Positions 13,590 to 21,167 of a DNA stretch of 42,148 nucleotides are shown piece after piece; within the stretch, counting starts at the first letter, position 1; each line of letters begins with the position of its first letter. The position numbers and the translations under genes are program-made. The DNA is from a virus. The notes beneath the pieces are model-generated. The model was given only the letters and a program-made list of their open reading frames with translations. It was not told the origin of the DNA and did no database searches. The stretch covers positions 1 to 42,148 of the IMG/VR virus record IMGVR_UViG_3300045988_085437; one strand, written 5' to 3'.

Positions 13590-14386
13590 GCTTTGTCTGT
13601 CGTTCTGGCAAAAGCCCAAACAGTGAGGAGGAGCAGATGGGGAGCATAATAGACTAGGAGAAGCAATTTGCAAGGAGATTTTGCACAAGAAAGAGCCATC
13701 CGAAAATGCTTAAAAAAATTGAATTAAATTGATAGAGAAATAACAAAGACGCGATTCGGGAAAATGGGAATTAACTATTTGTTAAACACAAATCTAGTAT
13801 TTGCAATGGTTTTGGGGGTTTCTGTGTAATTTTTGTGTCGGTTGGCCGCCCTGGCTGCGTGTGCATCATGGCTCCGGCCCGCGGCCTGCGTGGGCGTGGC
13901 TGGACTGGGGGCATGCGGCCGGGGCTGTAGATGATGGATAACAAGGAGGGAGGGGTAGCGGAAAAACGGGCGGCCTCGCTGGGAACGGCATAGGTTATAT
14001 TTCCTACATCCCCTCAACTCTCTACAGGTCAGGGGGATACCGGAAAAACGGGTGGGATATGTTCTGAAATCTGAACCTAAAATACTATTATCGGGTACAA
14101 AACAGGGGTGCATAAAATATGCTGAACGATTTGGAAGTGATCTGTGGTAGAGTATAGATAGGCGAAAGCCTACCATCTTCTTTTCTCACCTGCGGCGGGC
14201 AGGGTGTTCCTCCAGCCCTGCCCTGACCGCGGGGCTTATAATGGGGACTAGAAACTGGGGGACCGTACCAGAGTTTCGCAATCGAAGCCGACATGCGGTG
14301 CGGTTGCCCTACCGCTTGTGTTGACTGCTACGTTCCTACGTGGAGAGAGCAGCGGTGGGGCGATTTTGATACAAGGCGGTGAGGAC

Positions 14387-14812
14387 ATGCCGAGAGCGAA
14401 AAAAGCGTCTGAGGAGCCGAAAGCGGAGAAGCGGACGGGAGCGGGGGCGAAATATGAAACTGCGGAGGAACTGCAGGAAAAGCTGGACGCTTACTTTGCA
14501 GAGTGTGCGGAGCGCGGCGATGTCCCCGAGGAATTTTCTCTTGGCGTGTACTTGGGTGTTTCACTCATGACGCTGGATAACTGGTACAATGGCCGCCGCT
14601 GCGAATACCTGCAGGAGACGATCCAGATGGCTTATATGCGGATGTCCGCCGCTGCTGTTCAGATGGCGTACCGGAATCCGAAAGCCCCGATGCCGATCTT
14701 TGCGCTGAAACAGAAGCGGTACGGCGGGTATCAGGACAGGGTGGAAGCCAATGCAGAAGTGAAAGTCAGTGTCCAGATGGGAAAGAACATGGAGGCGAGT
14801 GATTTCGCATGA
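14387..14812 (+). CDS. terS: Terminase small subunit
   Basis: Contains KYETAEELQEKLDAYFAEC...PEEFSLGVYLGVSLMTLDNWY...IFALKQKRYGGYQD, which matches the common terS pattern. The ATG at 14387 was trimmed from track ORF 14318. Confidence 0.65.
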   Translation: MPRAKKASEEPKAEKRTGAGAKYETAEELQEKLDAYFAECAERGDVPEEFSLGVYLGVSLMTLDNWYNGRRCEYLQETIQMAYMRMSAAAVQMAYRNPKAPMPIFALKQKRYGGYQDRVEANAEVKVSVQMGKNMEASDFA

Positions 14813-15048
14813 CAGAATTTGCAATCGGCTGCTTGGTCGGCTGCGGGGTGACGATACTTGGGGCATTTTCGGGAATTGTTGCCTACAGGCGTTCTGAAAT
14901 GCACCGAGATACTGAACCAGCGGCAGAGCCTGTCGCGGATGAGGAGCAGGAAGAGCAGCGCCGGTCCAAGGAGATCGACGAGGGCATCCAAAACCTGATG
15001 ACATTTTCAGTCAATGGCAAAGATGGCTTTGATGTAGGAGGTTTGTAA
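14809..15048 (+). CDS. Hypothetical protein with an N-terminal TM helix and an acidic tail
   Basis: ATGA overlap with terS. Confidence 0.55.
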   Translation: MTEFAIGCLVGCGVTILGAFSGIVAYRRSEMHRDTEPAAEPVADEEQEEQRRSKEIDEGIQNLMTFSVNGKDGFDVGGL

Positions 15049-15527
15049 TGGCATCTGTGCAGGATGTTTTTGATATGGCGATCCACCTGATGGATGCGCA
15101 GAACGAGTCCACAGGCGCGACCCGTACAACAGATACGAACGAATACGCGCTTCGGACGCCAAACATCCTGAACACGCTGCTGGATCAGGTCTATCCTTAC
15201 AGTGACACGTATCCGGACCTGTCGGATGGGGCGAAAACCAGACCATCTCTGGACAGTGTGACGTCTCTGGATGACTACCTGGACCTCGATGACTACATCT
15301 GCCGGAACGTTCTGCCCTATGGGTTGGCCGGACTGCTTCTGACGGAAGAAAACCCCACACAGGCGAACTTCTTCTGGCAGACATACCTGGAGAATCTGAA
15401 CACGGCCAAAAGCCGCCTGCCGTCCTCCGGCATCGAGAGCGTGGAGGATGTGTACGGTGGAGGCGGCGGAGATAACTACCTTTCGCGCTGGGGCGGCATT
15501 GAATACGGGTGGTTCGGCCAATGGTAG
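15048..15527 (+). CDS. Hypothetical virion-module protein (159 aa)
   Basis: Its ATG overlaps the preceding TAA (TAATG). Acidic. Confidence 0.6.
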   Translation: MASVQDVFDMAIHLMDAQNESTGATRTTDTNEYALRTPNILNTLLDQVYPYSDTYPDLSDGAKTRPSLDSVTSLDDYLDLDDYICRNVLPYGLAGLLLTEENPTQANFFWQTYLENLNTAKSRLPSSGIESVEDVYGGGGGDNYLSRWGGIEYGWFGQW

Positions 15528-15700
15528 TACATGGATGGTACACCTGCCCCAAATGCCATAAGGGTATCCAGAAGGTGACGGGAAACACGGTCCTGTATGG
15601 GACGCCGGTATACTGCCGCAAGTGCAGGAGGGAATGGTGGCCCACAATCTTCATGGGGCAGGAGATCACCGGCAATTTGCCGGAGTTCAAAATGAAATAA
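15521..15700 (+). CDS. Cysteine-rich KTR-like small zinc-ribbon protein
   Basis: WYTCPKCHKGIQKVTGNTVLYGTPVYCRKCRREW resembles the Cys-rich KTR family. The alternative start is GTG 15509. Confidence 0.5.
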   Translation: MVVHGWYTCPKCHKGIQKVTGNTVLYGTPVYCRKCRREWWPTIFMGQEITGNLPEFKMK

Positions 15701-15757
15701 CAAGCTAGAGCGCAAGACGCCAGAGCTGGGAATGATCCCGGCTTTGGCGTCTTTTTT
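15697..15757 (+). terminator. Copy 1 of a conserved element: box ATAACAAGCTAGAGCG + 16-bp hairpin + U-tract
   Basis: Hairpin 15716-15751 (loop ATGA) followed by TTTTTTGTTTTT. A near-identical element lies at 31351. Confidence 0.65.
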
Positions 15758-15835
15758 GTTTTTCTGAGCAAGACGCCCGAGACCACGGACGCTTGAAATA
15801 CACGCCGCCAGACCAGGCGGGGAAAGAAGGAAGCA

Positions 15836-16750
15836 ATGGAAGAGAATACCACCGGTTTGGAGCAGGAGACCGAGACCACGGTTGACTCCTTCATGGATGG
15901 ATTCGACGGGGCGGAGACTCTGGAAAGCCCGGCAGACCAGCCGGAAGAACAGGAGTCAGAGCATGAAGAAACACCTGCTGATAAAGAGCAAAAGGCGCCG
16001 GAAACACCTGCTGCTGGCAACGAAAACACTGACGCCAAACCGGGCGAAGACGTTGAACCGGAGAAGCAGGAGGAACAGGAGGCCCAGGAACCGGAGACCA
16101 CACCGAAAACCTGGACGCTGCGCCATTTAGGCGAGGACAAGACGGTCAACGAACAGGAACTGACGGCCCTTGCTCAAAAGGGCCTGGACTATGACCGGAT
16201 TCACGGAAAGTACGAGGAATTCCGGCCTGTGATGGACCTGTTCAGCCAGTTTGCGAACAAGGCAGGCATGAACACCACGGACTATATTGCCCACATCCGC
16301 CAGGAGGCTAAGAGAGCCGAGGGCCTGAATGCAGAAGAGGCCAAAAGGGCTGTGGAGCTGGAGGACCGTGAAGCAACCGTTGCCGCCAAGGAAGCTGCCG
16401 AAGCGGAGAGGCAGAGGGAGCTGCGGGACGCCGAGGCCCAGAAGCAGTCCGCGGAGCAGCACAGGATGGCGGATATTCAAGAGTTTCAAAAGACATTTCC
16501 GGATGCGGCAAAGGACCCGAAGGGAATTCCGAAAGAGGTATGGGACGGCGTGAAAAGCGGCCTTTCCCTGGTTGCCAGTTATGCCAGATGGCAGGTGGCA
16601 CGGGCGAATGAGCAGGCCGCCAAGGCAGAACACAATGCTTCTGCCATCAAGCAAAACCAGAAAAATACGGAGCGGTCCACTGGCAGCATGAAGTCTGCCG
16701 GTGCGGACAACAAGAACAAGGACCCGTTCCTGGATGGCTGGGATTCCTGA
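15836..16750 (+). CDS. Scaffolding protein
   Basis: Highly acidic N-terminus, long Ala/Glu/Lys coiled coil and a C-terminal DPFLDGWDS. It lies immediately upstream of the capsid gene. Confidence 0.65.
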   Translation: MEENTTGLEQETETTVDSFMDGFDGAETLESPADQPEEQESEHEETPADKEQKAPETPAAGNENTDAKPGEDVEPEKQEEQEAQEPETTPKTWTLRHLGEDKTVNEQELTALAQKGLDYDRIHGKYEEFRPVMDLFSQFANKAGMNTTDYIAHIRQEAKRAEGLNAEEAKRAVELEDREATVAAKEAAEAERQRELRDAEAQKQSAEQHRMADIQEFQKTFPDAAKDPKGIPKEVWDGVKSGLSLVASYARWQVARANEQAAKAEHNASAIKQNQKNTERSTGSMKSAGADNKNKDPFLDGWDS

Positions 16751-16795
16751 TTTCAGGGGCCTTCTCGCATCTGGTGAAAAGAAAGAGAGGGCCAC

Positions 16796-17851
16796 ATGGC
16801 AGTTAATTACACGATCAAATACGCAGACAAAATCGCAGAGAGATTTCACAAGGCATCCATCACGGACTCCGCCGCAGGCCACGAATATTCCTTTGTAGGA
16901 GCCAAGACCATCCGTGTCTACTCCGTGGATACTGTGCCGGAGACCGATTATAACCGGACTGCAGATGGCAACCGGTTTGGCACCCCGAAGAACCTGGGCG
17001 ACACGATCCAGGAGATGACGATGAACAAGGCGCCTGCCTTTACATTTGTCATTGAGCCTCTGGATAACAGCGATCAGGCCATCGAGAAGTCGGCGGGAAA
17101 GTCCCTGCGGCGTCAGCTGGACGAGGTCACTATCCCCAACATGGACAAGTACCGGCTGAGAAAGTGGTGTGAGGGCGCCAACATCCAGTATCAGCCCTCC
17201 GCAGAGCCCACCAAGAGCACCATTGTGGAGTACATCATCGATGTCAACGCCAAGATGACGGACGCCTTTGTCCCGGTGGAGAACCGGACACTGTACATCC
17301 CCACGAAGTATTACAAGCTGCTGAAGCAGAACCCGGACTTCATCAATCTGGAGGGCCTGGGCACCAAGGCGCTGGCAAAAGGCGTTGTGGGTGAAGTGGA
17401 CGGAACGAAAGTCGTCACCATCCCAAAAAGCTATCTGCCCTCCGGCGTGTACTTCCTAATCAAGTACAAGGGATCCAGTGTGGACCCCGTAAAGCTGCAG
17501 CAGTATGACGTGCTGCCCAAGGTACAGGGCTATGCCGGTCCTGTGGTGCAGGGCGTCACCTACTACGACAGCTTCATCCTGGCAACCAAGGGCGACGGCG
17601 TTGCGGTGTGCGGCAGTAACGCGGCTGTTCTGCCGGCTCCCACACTGTCCATTTCTGCGCACAAAGTCACGATTTCCGAACCGGGCAGCAATGTGTACAA
17701 GTACACGGTGGACGGGACCAACCCCCGGTACAGCTCTACTGCTGAGACCTATCCCTCCAGCGGCGTGACGCTGACTTCCGGCCAGGTCATGCGGTGCATC
17801 CAGATCAAGGACGGCTGCTGCGGCATGGAGGCCGATAAGGCATACGAGTAA
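16796..17851 (+). CDS. Major capsid protein with a C-terminal Ig-like (CHB_HEX_C/FN3-associated-like) decoration domain
   Basis: Supported by position after the scaffold gene and by size. The C-terminal YKYTVDGTNPRYSSTAETYPSSGVTL motif fits the decoration domain. Confidence 0.7.
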   Translation: MAVNYTIKYADKIAERFHKASITDSAAGHEYSFVGAKTIRVYSVDTVPETDYNRTADGNRFGTPKNLGDTIQEMTMNKAPAFTFVIEPLDNSDQAIEKSAGKSLRRQLDEVTIPNMDKYRLRKWCEGANIQYQPSAEPTKSTIVEYIIDVNAKMTDAFVPVENRTLYIPTKYYKLLKQNPDFINLEGLGTKALAKGVVGEVDGTKVVTIPKSYLPSGVYFLIKYKGSSVDPVKLQQYDVLPKVQGYAGPVVQGVTYYDSFILATKGDGVAVCGSNAAVLPAPTLSISAHKVTISEPGSNVYKYTVDGTNPRYSSTAETYPSSGVTLTSGQVMRCIQIKDGCCGMEADKAYE

Positions 17852-17860
17852 GCAATATGG

Positions 17861-17885
17861 GCCCCCGCAAGGGGGCCTATTTCCC
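17861..17885 (+). terminator. GNRA-looped hairpin after the capsid gene (probably a partial terminator)
   Basis: GGCCCCC-GCAA-GGGGGCC followed by TATTTCCC. Confidence 0.4.
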
Positions 17886-17910
17886 TAGTCATTCCCTGAA
17901 AGGTGAGCGC

Positions 17911-19314
17911 ATGGCAAACAAGAAAGCACGAAACAACAGCGGAGCCGTCAATCTGGCTCTGGGAGATTTGAACCCAAAGCAGAAGCAGTTCTGTCAGGCG
18001 CGGTCTCGCTATGTTGGATACGGCGGCGCCCGTGGCGGTGGGAAGAGCCATGTTGTGCGGATTAAAGCGATTGGCGGTGCGATGACCTATCCGGGAATCC
18101 GGATTTTGATTGTCCGAAAAGAATATCCGGAACTGGAGCAGACGATGATCCTGCCCATGCGGAAGCTGATTCCGGCAGAGATCGCAGCATATAACGCCAC
18201 CATGCACATGTTTTTCTTCTCCAATGGAAGTGTTATCAAGTTCGGACATTATAGCAGTGGGGACGATGTGGAATATCAGGGCCAGGAATACGACTGGATT
18301 TTCATGGACGAGGCGACACAATTCACGGAATACCAGTTCCGAACACTGGGCGCCTGTCTGCGCGGTGCTACGAAGTTTCCGCGCCGGATGTACCTGACCT
18401 GTAACCCCGGCGGAGTTGGGCACATGTGGGTCAAACGCCTGTTTATCTCCCGTCAGTATCAGAACGGAGAAAAAGCAGAGGACTATACCTTCATTCACGC
18501 CACGGTGGATGATAATCCCCAGCTGCTGGAGGCGTCCCCAGAGTATGTGCAGATGCTGGACCTGCTGCCGGACGATGTGCGAGCGGCCTGGCGGTACGGT
18601 GACTGGGACGCTCTGGCTGGAACATTCTTCCCGGAGTTCCGGGCGGAGACTCATATTATCAAACCGTTCTGGAGGATTCCGGCGGAGTGGAAGAAGTACC
18701 GGGCGTTCGACTATGGCCTGGATATGTTCGCTTGCCTCTGGATTGCTGTTGATTTCGATGGGCGCTGCTATGTGTATCGCGAGGTACAGAAGAGCGGCAT
18801 CATTGTATCCGAGGCGGCAAAGCTGATGCTGGACCTGACGCCGTCTTGGGAGCAGATCGAGTTCACGGCGGCACCGCCGGATATGTGGAACCGACAAAAG
18901 GACAGCGGAAAGAGCATGGCAGAGCTGTTCATGGAAAACGGCGTTGGCATCATTCGGGCCAGCAACAACCGTGTGCAGGGCTGGATGGCAGTTAAGGAGA
19001 TGCTGAAACCACTGAACAGCGAAAAGGACCGGCCGGGCCTGCTGGTGACGCAGGACTGCAAGGGGCTTTGCACGAATCTTCCAGCCATCCAGCACGATGA
19101 CAAAAACCCGTCGGACTGTGCCACGGAACCCCATGAGATCACCCACATCTGCGATGCCTGCCGTTATTTTTGTGTCACCCGGACACTGAGCGCGGAGAAA
19201 CCGGTTCCGCCGAAAGTGGAGGACTTCGATAGCGCCGGGATGACGGACTACGACGACGAGATGACCGGCGGAGAAATGACAGACGATTATCTGACCTATG
19301 GAGGGGGTGACTGA
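17911..19314 (+). CDS. terL: Terminase large subunit
   Basis: Walker A GYGGARGGGKSH, Walker B YDWIFMDEAT and a C-terminal nuclease-like region. ATG at 17911 follows AAGGTGA. Confidence 0.9.
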   Translation: MANKKARNNSGAVNLALGDLNPKQKQFCQARSRYVGYGGARGGGKSHVVRIKAIGGAMTYPGIRILIVRKEYPELEQTMILPMRKLIPAEIAAYNATMHMFFFSNGSVIKFGHYSSGDDVEYQGQEYDWIFMDEATQFTEYQFRTLGACLRGATKFPRRMYLTCNPGGVGHMWVKRLFISRQYQNGEKAEDYTFIHATVDDNPQLLEASPEYVQMLDLLPDDVRAAWRYGDWDALAGTFFPEFRAETHIIKPFWRIPAEWKKYRAFDYGLDMFACLWIAVDFDGRCYVYREVQKSGIIVSEAAKLMLDLTPSWEQIEFTAAPPDMWNRQKDSGKSMAELFMENGVGIIRASNNRVQGWMAVKEMLKPLNSEKDRPGLLVTQDCKGLCTNLPAIQHDDKNPSDCATEPHEITHICDACRYFCVTRTLSAEKPVPPKVEDFDSAGMTDYDDEMTGGEMTDDYLTYGGGD

Positions 19315-19317
19315 CCT

Positions 19318-21156
19318 GTGGCAAGCATTTCCACATCGAACAATCTGACCATTCTGAAAATCAAAGAGTTTCTGGGACTGAACGAGAATCAGGATGGCGA
19401 CACCAAAATCAGAGTCGGAGAGCTCTCTGAGATGCGGAACTTTGCCATTACCAGAGACGGTCATCTCCAAATCCGTCCAGGTACGCAGACGGTTCTTGCC
19501 CTTCGCTCTGCCTGGGATAGCTGGGCGGACAGTCAGGAAGAAGGCGTGGAAGAGCATCCGGTATTCTGCGGCTGCTGGTATGGCATGGTGGGAGGGAAAT
19601 ACCATCTGTTGTGCGCCTTTGGCGGTGTGATCTTCGATGTGGACATTCTGCTGGAGAGTGTAAAGGCAGTAGGGACCTGTACCCAGGACGAGACCTCCTT
19701 TTTCGGCTTTGACGAGAAGGTTTATCTGCTGAACGGCCATGAGTACAAGAGCTGGACTGGAGAAGCAGAGGAGACCTTTCAGGATGTGGAGGGCTATATC
19801 CCGCTGGTACAGACAGCAACCACACCGGAGGGCAGCGGAACACAGCTGGAGAATGTGAACCGGCTGACGGGGCTGCGGCGTGTACGCTTCTCCCCGGACG
19901 GCGAGGCGAAAGACTTTTTTCTGCCGGAGAAAGAGATCGACAGTGTGACCGCGGTAGAGGGGACGGATGTGCAGTATACCGCCGACACCGCGGCTGGAAA
20001 AGTGACCTTCAACACAGCCCCAGCTAAGGGGACGAATACTGTGACCATCACCTACAAGAAAGGCGATGGCGCCCGTGGCGATGTGACCGGGATGCACTTC
20101 TCCGAGCTCTACAACGGCTCCAACGATACCCGTGTGTTCCTGTATGGAGATGGGACAAACCGGACCATCTACAGCGGAATCAACGGAGACACCGGCCTCG
20201 CGTCGGCGGATTATTTCCCGGACCTATACGAGGCGGCCATCGGGGACAGCAACACGCCGCTGACCGCTCTTGTGCGGCATTATGCCCGGCTGCTGGCCTT
20301 CAAGCGGGACAGCGCATGGTCGATCACCTACAGCACCGTGACGCTGGACACCGGAATCACCACGCCCGGATTTTATGTGCTGCCGGTCAACCGGCAGATC
20401 GGGAATGATGCTCCCGGACAGGTGCGGTTACTGGAAAACAATCCGCTGACACTGGACGGTAGCAGCATCTACCAGTGGCGGTCTACGTCCAGTACCGGGA
20501 ATATCACGGACAATGAGCAGAATGCACGGCGCATTTCAGACCGGATCGCGGCCACGATCAGCGGTTGGGCGCTTTCGGAGGTCAGGACCTTCAACAGAAA
20601 GCGGGAGCACGAATACTGGTTTTTGTGGAACGAAAACGCCGTCATTCTGAACTACGCAAATGACAGCTGGTATTACTACACCAATATGCCGTTCCGGCAG
20701 ATGGTGGATGTGGAGGATGACACCTACGGCATCACGGAGGATGGAAAAATCAAGCATCTGTCCCGGCAGTATCGAAATGATGATACAGAAGAGATCGATG
20801 CCTATGCCGCCACTGGCTCCATGGACTTTGACAAGGACTGGCTGCTGAAATACTCCCCCATGCTGTTCGTTGCAATCCAGCCGGAAACCAATGCCCGGAT
20901 CACAGTGACGGCACAGAGTAACCGGAGGAGCGACTACCCGGAGAAGGTTGTGGCATCCAGCTTGGCGACCTTCACCCATGCGGATTTCCGCCATTGGTCC
21001 TTCCGAACCAACCGGAAACCCCAAGTGGACCGGCTGAAGCTGAAAGTGAAGAAGGCGACCTTCTACAAGCTGATTTTCAAGAGCAAGAGCGCATCCGCGA
21101 CGGCGACTGTTCTGGAGACGGACATCCAACTGCGGTATGCCGGGAACGTGAAGTAA
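19318..21156 (+). CDS. 612-aa virion structural protein (beta-rich; tail tube/nozzle-like candidate)
   Basis: GTG start follows GGAGGGGG. It sits between terL and portal, and no enzymatic motif was seen. Confidence 0.35.
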   Translation: MASISTSNNLTILKIKEFLGLNENQDGDTKIRVGELSEMRNFAITRDGHLQIRPGTQTVLALRSAWDSWADSQEEGVEEHPVFCGCWYGMVGGKYHLLCAFGGVIFDVDILLESVKAVGTCTQDETSFFGFDEKVYLLNGHEYKSWTGEAEETFQDVEGYIPLVQTATTPEGSGTQLENVNRLTGLRRVRFSPDGEAKDFFLPEKEIDSVTAVEGTDVQYTADTAAGKVTFNTAPAKGTNTVTITYKKGDGARGDVTGMHFSELYNGSNDTRVFLYGDGTNRTIYSGINGDTGLASADYFPDLYEAAIGDSNTPLTALVRHYARLLAFKRDSAWSITYSTVTLDTGITTPGFYVLPVNRQIGNDAPGQVRLLENNPLTLDGSSIYQWRSTSSTGNITDNEQNARRISDRIAATISGWALSEVRTFNRKREHEYWFLWNENAVILNYANDSWYYYTNMPFRQMVDVEDDTYGITEDGKIKHLSRQYRNDDTEEIDAYAATGSMDFDKDWLLKYSPMLFVAIQPETNARITVTAQSNRRSDYPEKVVASSLATFTHADFRHWSFRTNRKPQVDRLKLKVKKATFYKLIFKSKSASATATVLETDIQLRYAGNVK

Positions 21157-21167
21157 GGAGTTGAGCA

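Noticed and set aside
13775-14294. Minus-strand ORFs 13775..14176 and 14088..14294 inside the ORF-free region.
   Set aside because: There is no SD site, the composition is biased to Pro/Arg/His/Ser, and they overlap each other. They are treated as non-coding, and the region is reported as a candidate RNA or packaging-site region instead.
15007-16149. A 380-aa minus-strand ORF, and the similar long antisense ORFs 21390..22364, 25824..26891, 29447..30421, 32916..34079, 35412..36482 and 36756..37607.
   Set aside because: All are antisense to well-supported late genes. They are Ser/Arg/Pro/Gly-rich, lack RBS sites and oppose the operon direction.
17749-20097. A 782-aa ORF on the minus strand, the longest antisense ORF in the window.
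   Set aside because: It lies entirely antisense to terL (clear Walker A/B motifs) and the 612-aa structural gene. It has no SD site, and its composition is Arg/His/Pro/Gly/Leu-heavy with no recognisable motif. Long stop-free antisense frames are expected opposite GC-rich, codon-biased genes.
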